A DNA stretch of 63,630 nt, the filler included, from Rhizaria sp. SCN 62-66 (Eukaryota), in assembly GCA_001724265.1 (NCBI GenBank). It is 3 parts of 3 records of this genome, joined end to end, with 100 filler letters (N's around TTAATTAATTAA, not from the genome) between each part and the next. Parts side by side here need not be neighbours in the genome. Positions count along the whole stretch, not along the records: positions 1 to 23,556 come from MEDY01000428.1; 2 more parts are not named here. One strand, given 5' to 3'. The position numbers were made by a program, and so were the translations under genes. Shown here piece after piece: positions 12,126 to 23,556 of this stretch (position 1 is its first letter; every line of letters begins with the position of its first letter). The notes under the pieces are model-generated. The model saw nothing but the letters and a program-made list of their open reading frames with translations. It was not told where the DNA came from and did not search any database.

Positions 12126-15100
12126 ATGCTGTCCTCGCTTGCCGCGCGGCGTTTGCGCCTGATGCGCGCGCCTCTGCGCAGCTTTCCGCGCATGGCCACC
12201 GGGACTCGGCTCTTCTCGTCCGCAACCCCGGCGGGCTCGGCTGGCGCCGCCTCTGCGCCGCCCGACCTGGTGACGATGCAGTGCCCGGTTCCGATTCCCG
12301 CGGACGCGCAGCGCGCGCTGGACGCGCTGCGCGAGGCCGCCGAGCTGCACTGTCCCGGTCTGGAGCTGCGCGTCGCGGGCGGCTGGGTGCGTGACCTGCT
12401 GCGGCTGGCGCCGGAGTTCCGCTACGAGCATAACGGCGCCCGCGACGCGCTGCCGGAGGAGTACTTTGACTGCTTACGTGACGCCGACGCCGCAGCGCTG
12501 CTCGCGCAGGCCGAGGCCGAGATGATCACCGCGCGCGCCAATCATGAGAGCGGTGCAAGTGGCTGCTAGGACGACGACAGTGAACCGCCCCTGTACCCGC
12601 CACTGCCGCCTGACGCGACGCACGACGAGCTCATGGCCGCGTCTCTCTCCTTGCACCCCGCCTCGGATTCCGCCGCTGCCGCTGCGGTTGCTGCAGCTCT
12701 GCGCGCCGCGAGAGAGCGCGTGCCCCGGTCCGCGCTGCGCTTCCCCCGCGCGCCGCCGTGCCCCGCCGTTGACGTCTCCGCCCTATGCGCGCATTCCGCG
12801 ACCTCTGCGTTTACAGCGGCTGCGTGTGGACTGGGCGACGTGGACGTTGCGCTCAGCTCTATGACGGGACAGGCCTTCCTGCCGCATCTCGCAGCGTACG
12901 CCGCCGCGCGCGGGCTGCCGTGCCGCATGTCGACGGTCGAGTCGGACGCGGCGACGAGCCGTCACCTGGCCACGTGCCGCGGTTCCTTCGCGGGCTTTGA
13001 CGTCGATCTGGTGAACCTGCGCAGCGAGACCTACGCGGCTGACGCCGCGCACCGCGTGCCGACTGCGGCCGCCATCGGGACCCCGCGCGAGGACGCGCTG
13101 CGCCGCGACTTCACCGCCAACGCGCTCTTCCTCAACCTCCACACCGGGCTCGTCGAGGACTGGCACGGTGGCGCGGGCCTCGCGGACCTGCGCGCGGGCG
13201 TGCTGCGGACACCGCTGCCGCCACTGCAGACCTTTGCTGACGACCCGCTGCGCGTGCTGCGCGTCGTCCGCTTCGCAGCGCGCCTCGGCTTCCTTCCCGC
13301 GCCGGGACTCGCCGCCGCGGCCGCGACGCCTGCGGTACGCCGCGCGCTGGCCCGCAAGGTCTCGCGCGAGCGCGTGGGCATCGAGCTCGCCAAGGCGCTC
13401 GAGGCGCCCGCAGGCAACCTCGCCTACGCGCTCGCGCTGCTGCGCGCGTTGGGCACTGTGGACGCGGTCGTGCCGCGCGCGGCCGTGCGTCGCTTGGCCG
13501 CCGCAGTGGTCGCTGCAGAGGGCGCGGGCTCCGGCAAGAAAGTGAAGGCTGCGCCGACCTCACCGTCGCCCTCCACAGCGACAGCTGAAGGCACGGCAGC
13601 TGCTGCTTCCCCCGCAGGCGCCTCTGCCGCGCCGCCGGGCGACAACACCGAGGATCTGCTGGCCGCCGCGGGGCCGGCCGGCGTGGCGCGCGCGCTGCAG
13701 TCGGCGCCCAGCAAGCGGCTGCACCGGCTGGCCATGCTGCCGGGCGTGTCGGCGCCACCGCCGGGCGCGCGGCCCGCGTGGCGGCGGCGGCAGTGGGCGC
13801 GCGTTGAGGCCGTGGCCGCCGCGGTCGAGGCCGAGCTGGCCGCGTGGCAGCGAGACGACGCGGCGCTGCGCGCGCTGCTGCCGGTCACCGCGGCCACGCG
13901 CAGCGCGGCCGTGCTCGCGGCCATGGCGGACCCGCTCGTCGTTGACTACGCCGCACTACTCACAAACTTCCAGCAGACGCAGACTCAGGCGTAGACACAG
14001 ACACAGACGGCACGCGGCGCGGTCGACGACAACGCCGCTGCGCTGGCCGCACTGGGTCTACCGGCTGCGTTCCCGCTGCCCGTGCCGTGGTGGCGGCCCG
14101 CGCCCGCGCGTTCGCCGACGGCGCTGCACGCGCTGCACGCGCTGCTGCCGCCGTTCCTCGCGTCACCGCCGCCGCTGGGCGCGCTGCCCGCCGACGTTAC
14201 CGAGGGCCACGCCGCGCTTGCGCAGTCTCTTGCCCGCGCAGCCGCGCTCGCCGATGTCGGAGTTAGCAGTCAGGGCGCGGCTCGCATCATCACGGCGCCG
14301 GCGCGCAGGGGCGTGCGCGTGGCCGTGGCCGACGCGGCGCAGTTCTCCGGACTTGGCGCCATGGCTACGGGCGCGGCGGTGGGCGCGAGCGCGACGGCGA
14401 CGGCGAGCGCGACTGCGGACGCTGTGACGCCGCTCCGCGCAGTGGCGACGCTCGCCGTCAACGGCGCGCTGCGGCGCCCGCTGGCTGACGGCGACGCCGC
14501 CGCGCGCGCCGCGCAGGGCGGGGCCTGGCTCGCCGACACGGTTCCTGCCTGGGCCGCCGAGGTGGCTCGCGCGCGCGATGCGAGCGTGAACAACGCTGGC
14601 GGCGCTCAGGCGGTGGAGCAGCAGTCGGAAACGCTGTGGGGCCGCGCGCTGTCGCAGGCGCGCGCACTGAGGGCCGCGGGCAGTTTGTCCGCCTGGCGCG
14701 CGTCATCAGCGCGCAACGAGACGGGAGCAAGCGCGACTACGACCTCCGATGACAGCAGTGTTATGCACGCGTTGTTCACGGGCATCGCCGCCTGCGAGCG
14801 CGCGCGCGCCGCCTCCGAGTCCGCCTCGGCCGCCGCGCGCTCCGCCGCCAGCGTCGCGACGGCGGTCTCGCGCAAGGTCGACGCCCCGCGCCGCGCCGCG
14901 CTCGACGCCGCCGCGGCGGCCGCGCGCGCCGACGCTGACGCCGCGGCCGCCGTTCACGCCGCCGCGGAGCGCGCCGCGTTTGCGGGCGCCGTGCTGGAGA
15001 CTGCGCTGCCCGCGGAGCTCATGGCGGCCGCCGCGCTGCTGCGCGGCGTCGGCGCGGAGGGGCTTCCGGCCGCCGCGGCGCTCGCCGTCGCGGCTACTGG

Positions 15101-15533
15101 CGTTGGCAGGACCAGGGGCGGCGGCGGCGGCGGCGCGGTGAACGTGGCGGATGCGAAAGTGTGCACTGACAGCGGGCTGCGGGACACACTTCAGCGCGGA
15201 GCTGTGCGGAGGGAGGACATCAATGCACTGCTGCGCGAGCTCGACGAGACGGGGCTGCTTGCTCTGGCGCGGGAGGCTGGCCCCGCCCCAGCCTCCAGTG
15301 AGGTAGCGGTTGCAGACGGCGTTTCCGTTCCCGGAGCCGCTGGCAAGGACGGTGTCGCGATCGTGGCCGCCGTGGGCGCTGCGGTCCGCACGGCGGGCTG
15401 GACCGGGGCCACACGCGCGGACGTCGCTTTCGCCGTGCAGGGCGTCAGCGACGTGATGTCCGTGCTGGCCGCGGTGCTGCCACGGTTTGACGCGTCGGAG
15501 GCGCTCGAGGACGTCGCGGGCTGTCTTCGGTGA
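12126..15533 (+). CDS. CCA1: Class II tRNA nucleotidyltransferase (CCA-adding enzyme), 1135 aa if TAGs at 12567-12569 and 13992-13994 are read as sense; likely mitochondrial presequence
   Basis: Track ORFs at 12126, 12633 and 14082 share one frame and are separated only by single TAGs. Motifs RVAGGWVRD, GDVDVAL, VNLRSETY, EDALRRDFTANALF, DDPLRVLRVVRFAARL and KVSRERVGIEL; Arg/Leu/Ser-rich, acid-free N-terminus; ends TGA. Confidence 0.85.
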
Positions 15534-16069
15534 GAAAATCGCGATGACCCTGTTTAACACGGTTTCGCGGGTTTCTCCGCGGTATATATTTAAGTCAATT
15601 ATTTATTTTGAAATATGTTATATAGTTCTACTAGGGATATTGCATACACTAGTTAAATTTCAAATCACGTGAACATCTACCGATTTTCAAGTTGTTTCAT
15701 GCCAAGGCGATGCAAGAACTGGTGCACAGTTTTTCCGCTATCGGTTGGTGGGAGGTCAGTCAGCCACCTGACTGAGCGCGAAACACCCGTCGATTGCCAT
15801 CCTCTCGCCTTCTTCACTGCATCCTTACGAGAACGTGTGATTGAAATTGGGTAATTTGCACACTCTTATTGTACTGATATTTAATTTTCAGCCTCGGATT
15901 ATGACATCATATTCCGCATATCAACTCCAAACATCTGGCAGATGTTTGACTAGGGTCTCCCTAACTGGCACTCTCACGCGATTCAAAACGCTTCATCTTC
16001 CTTCGCTGCGATCTGTCTTACCATCTATCCCCGGTTTTCCCCGCATGACATCTACTTAAATACGTAGTC

Positions 16070-17899
16070 ATGTCGTCCAAGGCCGCGACCTCGTCGCGCT
16101 CTGGCCGCTCTTCTGCCACTGGCCGTAGTCGCGCCGTGTCCCAGTCCCCTGCTCGCGCTCCCGCCGCCCGCGGCCGTAGCCAGAGCCGCGCGCGCCCCGC
16201 CGCCCGCGCCACTGAGCCCGCATCCGAGGACGAGGAGGAGGCCCCTAAGAAGCGTGCTTCCCGTGCCAAGTCCCCCGCGCGCGCCAAGTCGCCCGCCCGC
16301 GCTAAGTCGCCCGCCCGCGGCAAGTCGCAGGCCCGCGCTAAGTCCCCTGCGCCGGCCAAGAAGTCTTCCGCCAAGGCCAAGTCCTCGGCCAAGTCCAAGT
16401 CGCCCGCGCGCAAGCCCGCGTCGCGCTCCTCTGCAGCTGCGAAGAAGGACGAGTCCGAGTCCGAGTCCGAGTCCGAGGCCGAGGAGGCTCCTAAGAAGCC
16501 CGCGGCCAAGAAGAGCTCCACCAAGGGCGCCGCGCCCGCAAAGTCGGCCTCGGGCAAGAAGGCCGCCGAGCCGGCCCCGCGCCGCTCGCGCCGCTCTATG
16601 GGCCGCGCCGTCGATGAGGAGGAGGAGGAGTCCGAGGCTGAGGCCGAGAAGCCCGCCCCCAAGAAGTCTTCCTCCAGCAAGTCTGAGGAGCCCTCGAAGC
16701 GCTCGTCGTCGACCGCGCGCACCGCCTCGCGCTCCGGCCGCACGTCCAAGGCCGGCGAGGTCATTGCCGCCATCAACGCCGTCTCCCGCTCCTCGCGCTC
16801 CTCCGCCGCTGCCGCCGAGTCCCCCGCCGCCGCCGCCGCCGCGGCCGAGGGCACTGACGAGGTTCCGGCCGAGGTCGACTCGTCCGCCGGCGTACTCGAC
16901 GCCAAGGAGGCCCCCTTCGCCGTCACCTGCGCCTCCGCGGGCTGGTTTACGCTCGCGGCCGTGCTGGGCTACATTGCCCAGGTCGTCGTCCTCCTCTCGC
17001 TGTCGCCCGCCGCCAAGAACCTCTTCCGCCACTGCGCTGCCTGCTGCCTGCCCGCGCGCGTGATCGAGCGCATCGTCGCGCCCGTGTATTCGCCGCTCGA
17101 GCTCACCGTTGTTGTCGCCATGCTCCACGTCTTCGCCACCTTCGCGCTCAAGCACGGCGCCGCCGTCGCGAACCCCGGCTCGCGCTTCGCCCAGCGCGTC
17201 GCCGTCGTGCTCTCGCGCGCGCTCGCGGGCGTCTTCGCTGCCTGCATCTTTGTTCACCACATGCGTCACGCCGACCCCACCGCCGCCTCGGCCGCGCAGG
17301 CGCTCTTTGTCTACTCGCTCGGTTTCGCCGTCCAGGACCTCGTCGCCAACTTCTGCATCTCGTCCAACGCCAACAAGGCCGAGGCCGTCATCTCCGTCGC
17401 CGCGCTCAGCTACCTCGTCTTCTTCGCGCCCTCCGCCGCCGTCGCCGCCGCTGCCGCTGCCGCTCCCGTCGCCGCTCCCGCTGCCGCTGGTGCCGCTGGT
17501 GCTGGTGCTGCTGCCGCCGCCGCCGCCGCTGCTGCTGCCGCAAAGGCCAATGCCGTCTCCGTCGCCGCGCCCGCGCTGATCGTCAAGGCCAACGTGCCCG
17601 TGTTCGTGGTGCGCGCGCTGCAGGCCGTGCTGCTGGGCCTTGTGCTCGTGGGCTCCGTCGCCTCGGGCAACAAGTCCGCCGTCGGCCGCGCCGTCTCGGC
17701 CGCGTCCATCGCGCTGGGCTGGATCTACCTCGTCGGTTCGCTCGCGTCCGTCGTGTACATCGCCTACGTCGACTTCGTTGTCCACGGCGCCACCGTCCTC
17801 GCCTCCGGCTGCGCCACCGCCGCCACCGGCTCCGCACTCGCCGTGCTCGCCGTCCTCAGCGCGCTCAACTACGCTGACGGCTTCTTCATCGGCAAGTAA
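16070..17899 (+). CDS. Multi-pass membrane protein with a long basic Ser/Arg/Lys/Ala-rich (histone H1-like) N-terminal half
   Basis: 609-aa ORF with strong codon bias; RAKSPA repeats, then about 7 hydrophobic segments from roughly aa 290; stop TAA. Confidence 0.8.
   Translation: MSSKAATSSRSGRSSATGRSRAVSQSPARAPAARGRSQSRARPAARATEPASEDEEEAPKKRASRAKSPARAKSPARAKSPARGKSQARAKSPAPAKKSSAKAKSSAKSKSPARKPASRSSAAAKKDESESESESEAEEAPKKPAAKKSSTKGAAPAKSASGKKAAEPAPRRSRRSMGRAVDEEEEESEAEAEKPAPKKSSSSKSEEPSKRSSSTARTASRSGRTSKAGEVIAAINAVSRSSRSSAAAAESPAAAAAAAEGTDEVPAEVDSSAGVLDAKEAPFAVTCASAGWFTLAAVLGYIAQVVVLLSLSPAAKNLFRHCAACCLPARVIERIVAPVYSPLELTVVVAMLHVFATFALKHGAAVANPGSRFAQRVAVVLSRALAGVFAACIFVHHMRHADPTAASAAQALFVYSLGFAVQDLVANFCISSNANKAEAVISVAALSYLVFFAPSAAVAAAAAAAPVAAPAAAGAAGAGAAAAAAAAAAAAKANAVSVAAPALIVKANVPVFVVRALQAVLLGLVLVGSVASGNKSAVGRAVSAASIALGWIYLVGSLASVVYIAYVDFVVHGATVLASGCATAATGSALAVLAVLSALNYADGFFIGK
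16261..16350 (+). repeat. Coding tandem repeat of about 5 x 18 bp (RAKSPA units)
   Basis: Translation RAKSPARAKSPARAKSPARGKSQARAKSPA. Confidence 0.85.
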
Positions 17900-18647
17900 G
17901 TGCGCGCGGCTTAACTTCCATGTGAGTGTCGACGACGCAACGACACCACATACTCTCACCGGACATGCGTCGCCCAGCACCCGCGCTTGTGGCGAGTGCT
18001 TGGTTTGCTTTGGGCGTCTGGCCGCGCGCGACAGTGCTGCGCGGACGCTTTCAAGCGTTTAACGACAAAACCACTTTTGTCGTTAGTACTCTTCGTTCTC
18101 CCGCATCTTCTCCCTTTGTCTCTTTCAGTCTCTGTCAGTCTCTGTTTCTCTCAGTCTCTGTCTGTTTGTCCGCCCGTCGGTCGCTGTGCGCGGCGCCGGG
18201 CGCGCTGGCTCGCCTTGCAGCGAATCGCGCGCCTGTCACGCCCGCCGCGCACAGTGCCGCCGTGCTGCGGCTACCCTCAGTGCTGCTCCCGCGTTTGGCG
18301 ACGCCTCTTTGTTGGTGTCACTGAATGTCCGCGCATGCGCTGAACCGCAATACATTCATTGTTTAATTCACACACACTCCATATTTTTGGAATGCTAGAT
18401 CTTATTGTAATATGAACATGAGTAACATAGAGATGGAAATGTCATTGATGTATTGCAGCGATGACGCGCTCCAGATGGAAAGAGCGCGTGTCTTCTGAGT
18501 ATTTAAAGATAAAAGAGAGCAAACTTGTTTGTCTTTGTTTGAGCGTTCATAAAAGCGCGTAAAAAATCAACTCTGTACTTTGGGAATTGAGCATATCATA
18601 CTATTGCAGTGTGTTTGCGTAGTGCGTTGCGTGTGATGTCAACGGAC

Positions 18648-20614
18648 TTAGGGCTTGGTGAGCGACATCGACAGTGACATTGCAAGCGACGGCGACCGCG
18701 AGCGTCCCCGGCCACCAACGTTGGCTCCCGACTCAACCCCAGCCTGAATGTTGCTCCCAGCGGCGGCGTCCTCCTCGTCGGCGTCTGCGCTCGCACTAAA
18801 GTCGTCGCAGCCATCGCCATGCTGACTGTACTAGTCGGAGTAGTCGTTGATGTGGATCTCCTCGTGCGAGACGTCCTCGGAGACGATGTCGCCAGTCTGC
18901 ACGCGCACCGCAGTCGCCGCAAACAGCACTGGGGGGCCTTGGTCTGCCATATTATGCGCCGGCGCAGCGTCTTGCGCGCGCGTTAGCGTTGCGCTAGTGT
19001 TGGCGTCAGCGGGAGCGTCGTAAAACTCAGGCGACGTTGCACCTGTGATCGCGTTCGTGTTGAACGCGTTGTTCACGTTGGCGGGCGAGGGCGGGCCGCG
19101 CGGATGCGGGGGCGTGGCCTGGCCGCGGCCGATCCACTATTGGTGCGGCGAGACCAGCTCATCGTCACCGTCCGCGTCGGCGTTGTGTACGTTCTTCACG
19201 GCAAGAGCGAGCTGGCGCTACTACTCGTGGCGCTCTTGGAGCCCCGCGAGAGGAAGCACAGGCACTGCGACAGCGGCGCGGCCGTGGCCCGCCTGAAACT
19301 GTGAGTGGAGTTGACTGGGCGGAGGAAAGGAGCTCTCCGGGCTCGTCAACACCTCGACGTCGTCGAGCTCGCCCGCAAGCTCAGCGTCATCGGGATGCGC
19401 GGCCTCAACACCGGCATTCCCAGCAGAGTGGCGCACATCGTCTTGTGCAGCGTTGTCCTCGAAATCGGCCTCGTAGTCGTACTCGTTGCCGTTATCAGCG
19501 AAACCCGCGTCATCGTCGTCGTTGGCGCCGAGAGGGCCACTCGCTACGTTGGGCACAGAGAGTGCGCTCACGCCACGGTCGTCAGTGTAGCCTGCACCGT
19601 CTTCTGCCTCAACGGCTGCAGCGTTCGCGGAGTCCACATTTTGCGTGCTCTGCGCCTACGTGACCGGCTCATGCACACCGACGGCGGCGTGGGCGTCGCC
19701 GTTGGGGTGGGTGTCGTAGTCGTCGTTGCTGTTGAACAGGTTGCTAACGAAGGCCGCGGCGCCGTCGCCGTTGCTATGGTCGTAGTTCCGACCGTCGCGC
19801 GCCTCAGCGCTCTGCGCGCCGGCCTCCGCCCCAGCCCTCGCCTCGGCCTCATCCTGGGCCTACGCGTCGTCGATAGTGCTGTGGTGGTCCACGGCCGTGT
19901 GGAAGGCGTTCTGCGCGCTCACGCTCACCTAGACGCCCGTGTACTCGGCCTCAACGTCAGCACGGTCATCGTCGTCGTTGCCATCGTTCTCGACCGTGCT
20001 GATAGCTTCCCCATCAACGGCTCCAACACCAGCGTCAACATCAGCGTCGGCGTCGACATCGTCGTCGTGCTCGCCGTCGTCCTCGTCGTCGGGCTCGACC
20101 GTGTGCCACCCGCCGGCGCTGCCGTTGCCGGCGCTGCCGCCGGTGCCGAGGCGCGAGCGCGAGTACGACACTGACGCCGACGACGGGGAGTTGTTCAGCG
20201 CCGCCGCAACCGCGGTCGAGGCGTCGCCCGTGCCCACAGACAGGCGCGTGCGCGAGCCGTGCGCGGCCGCGGATGCGGCGGCGGCGGCCTCGGCGGCAGC
20301 CGTGGCGGCGGCGACAGCGGCGGCAACAGCGGCCGAGAGCGAGGGCCGCTGCAGCCCCTGGTGGAAGCGCGGCGCGGGCGGCGAGTTGAGCGGCGACGGC
20401 GGCTCAAAGTCGGCACTAGCGGCAGCGGCGTCGCCGCTAGCGGGCACGGAGACGTCCAGACCCTTGAGTGCGGGGGCAGACTCGGCAGGCGCGGCAGCGG
20501 AGGCAGAGTCATTCGACGCAGGCTCGGGCACGACCGACGCGAGCACTGCGGCGACAGAAGCAGCAGCAGCGGCGGCAATGGCGGCGTCCTCGACAGACGC
20601 ACTCTGCTGCTGCT

Positions 20615-20647
<33 letters not shown>

Positions 20648-23555
20648 TCTCATGCTGCTGCGGCTGCTGTTGGGGCTGCGGCTGCGCGCGCACTGCGGCG
20701 AGCGCTGCGGGCACCGGCGCCGCGGCAGCCGCAGCAGGCGCGGGCGTGCTGGGCGCGGCCGCCGTCGTCGCTGCGGAGCCCAACGCGGACTGCGACGCAG
20801 GCAGGCCCGCAGCGGCGGTGCTGTGCGCGGCGGCCGCGGCGCTCGCAGCGGTGGACGGCGCGCCGCGGGCGGACTGCGGGTACTGGCGCTGCTGTTTCTG
20901 CGCAGACGCAGGCGCGGCCCCGATCGTAGCGGCCGGCGCAGGGGTGTACGCATGCTGCTGCTGCTGTTGCTGTTGCGGTTGCGGCGGCTGGCGGTTGGCA
21001 GACACAGGCGAGTCGAACGCGTAGTGCGGCGAGTTCTGCTGCGGTTGCTGCTGTTGTTGGTTGGCGTGCGCCACAGCCCCGTCGTCGGCGCTGGGCGGCT
21101 TATACTGCGGCCAGTCGCCGGACCCGCCGAAAACGCTGCCATCACCCGCGATCGTCACAGGCGCGGTCGCCGCGGAAGCACGCGACTGCTGCTGCTGCTG
21201 CTGCTGCTGCAGCGGGTGCTGTTGCGGACCGGGCAGAGGCAGCGGTAGCGGCAGCGGCTGCGTGTCGAAAGACGCAGAGTACGAGTAGTCGCCGGCGTTG
21301 GGAGCCGGGGCTGCGGGGTGGTTCGGGCTGAAGCCGCCACTGTAGCTGTAGCCGTTGCCGTGGCCGAACCCAGCTCTTCCGCCCTGCTGCTGTTGCTGCT
21401 GCTGTTGCTGTTGCTGTTGCGAGTTGGCCAGCTGCTCCTCGAGCTCCACGATGCGGCGCACCGCGGCGGAGCGCAGCGCCTCGTACGCGCGCGTCACGGT
21501 CGCCTCGCCCTCGGGCGCTGCAGACGCGGACGTGGACACCGTCGCAGACGAGGCCGCCGCGTGCGGCGCGTGCTGGGCCGCGTGCGGCATGTGCTGGGCC
21601 GGGACCGGGGCGGCGACAGCGGCTGCGGCGGCGGGGAGGCGCCAGTGGCTGTAGCGGTCCTCGGGCGACTGCAGCGGCTCGCCGCGCGCGGACCGTGGCG
21701 TGGCCGATGCCGGGCTGGCCGAAGAGGCCGCGGGCGCGAACGCGGTCAGCGACGCGTGCGTGGGCGCGTAGGTGTACGGCGCGGGCCTGGGCGGGCTGGC
21801 GCCGTGCATCGCGCGAAGCTTGTGCTCCATGTGCGCGAGCTGGCCCCGCGCGGCCGCGGCCTCGGCCGTCGCGGCATCGGCGCGCGCGGCGGCGGCGGCG
21901 GCGGCGCGGTCGGCGTCGTCGGCGCGGCGCTCCCACGCGGCGGCCGTGGCGCCGCAGCGTTCCAGCTCGTCGACCACGGCGCGCGTCTGCCCGGCCCACC
22001 CGGCGGCCTCGGCGCGCGCGCGGGAGAGCTCCTCGAACAGCTCCGCGGCGCGTGCGTCGGCGGCGCGCGCGCGGTCCGCGACGCCCGCCATGGCGCGCTG
22101 CGCGGCGAAGGCGGCTTCGTCGTTGCGCCGCTCCGTAGCCTCGCGCCGCAGCCGCTCCTCGACCAGCGCGGCCTCACCCGCGGCCGCGCGTGCGCTCGCG
22201 TCGCCGGCCTCGCGCGCCAGCGCCGCGGCGCGGGTCTCGGCCGCCTCCAGCGCCGCGGCCAGCACCCCGCAGCGCGCGGCCGCGGCCTCGGCCTCAGAGG
22301 CCGCAGAGCGCACGGCGGAGCACCAGCTGTTCTCCGCCGCGGCCGTCGCGGTCGCGGCCGAGGTCGCGGCGTCGGCAGCAAGCGCGCCCGCTGCGGCCTC
22401 GGCGGCGGCGCAGCGAGCCTCGGCGGCCAGACAGCGGCGCTCGGCGGCCTCGGCGGCCTCGGAGAGCGCGGCACGCTGCTGCGTCAGCAGCGACGCCTTC
22501 TGCACCAGCGCGCCCGTCTCGGCGCTGCGCTCAGCCAGCGCGCGCGACAGCAGCTGGCAGCGCGCGAACAGCTCGCGCTCCAGCGGCGATGACAGCGCCG
22601 CAGCCAGCGGGCCCGCGGTCTGTGCGCTCTCGCCAGGTGTGGCGCTGCTGCGCCCGGGCGACAGCGCGGTCGCGGAGCCCGCGCCGGCGACGGGCGCGTG
22701 TAGCGCGAGCGACAGCGGGGCCAGCTTAGCGGTCAGCGCCACGGCGCTCAGCCCGGCGTTCGCATCCCCGGCAGCGCTCTCGACGTCCTTGGCGGCGGCT
22801 GCGGCGGCGGCCGCGGCCTCAGCGGCGGCGGCAGCGGCGGCGGCGGCGGCCTCGAGCTCGTCCTTGAGCGCTGCGCGCTCGGCCTCGAGCATCGCCACAC
22901 GGCCCGCGGCCTCGGCGGCGCTCGCGGCCACGCGCGCCTCGGCGGCCTCCTCCGCGGCCGCCAGCTCAGCCTCAGCGGCGGCGCTCGCGGCGCGCGCGGC
23001 GGCGGCCTCGGCGCGCGCGTCCTCAGCGGCGGCCTGCGCTGCGGCCGCGGCAGCACTTAGCTTAGCCTCGCGCTCAGCGGCGTGGGCGGCCTCGACACGG
23101 GCGTCCTCAGCCGCGGCCTCAGCGGCGGCTTCGGCGTCCGCGGCGGCGGCCTCAGCAGCCTCCGCGGCGTCGGCCTCGGCCCTGCGCGCGGCGGCGGCCT
23201 CGAGCTCGGCGAGCCTGCGCGCATCGGCGAGCTGCTCGCGCACCGCGGCCGTCTCGGCCTTGGCACCCGCCACGGCCTGCAGCGCCGCCGCGGCGTCCCC
23301 GCGCGCGGCCGCAGCCTCAGCGCGCGCCTTGATCGTCTCCTCGGCGGCCTCGGCGGCGACGGCCTCGAGGCTCTCGGCGGCCGCGTGCGCCTCGGCCAGC
23401 GCCCGCGCGGCCGCCGCAGCCGCCGCGTCGCGCGCGGACACGGCGTCGGACAGGGAGAGCACGCGGTCCGCCTGCTGGCCGGCCGCCCCGCGCAGCGCGT
23501 CCAGGTCGCGCACGGCCGCGTCGCCCGCCGCGCGCGCGGACTCGGCGGCGGCCTC
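18648..23555 (-). CDS. Large coiled-coil, low-complexity protein, 5'-truncated at the gap, with 7 in-frame TAG codons in its C-terminal 428 codons
   Basis: Track ORFs 19929-23513, 19221-19637 and 18831-19076 share one frame. The only stops between the gap and TAA (18648-18650) are TAGs at 19929, 19860, 19656, 19221, 19218, 19137 and 18831 (lowest coordinate of each). Ala/Glu heptad region, polyQ tracts, acidic tail. Confidence 0.8.
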
Positions 23556-23556
23556 G

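Noticed and set aside
12126-15533. CCA-adding enzyme locus as three genes, a frameshifted gene or a pseudogene
   Set aside because: All parts are in one frame with intact motifs and uniform codon bias; the only interruptions are TAGs, matching the neighbouring gene. Pseudogene status is not formally excluded
18831-19931. Pyrrolysine, selenocysteine or single programmed readthrough as the explanation for the TAGs
   Set aside because: Seven TAGs, including a tandem pair, in unrelated contexts with no shared downstream motif; Sec uses TGA and Pyl is not known from eukaryotic nuclei
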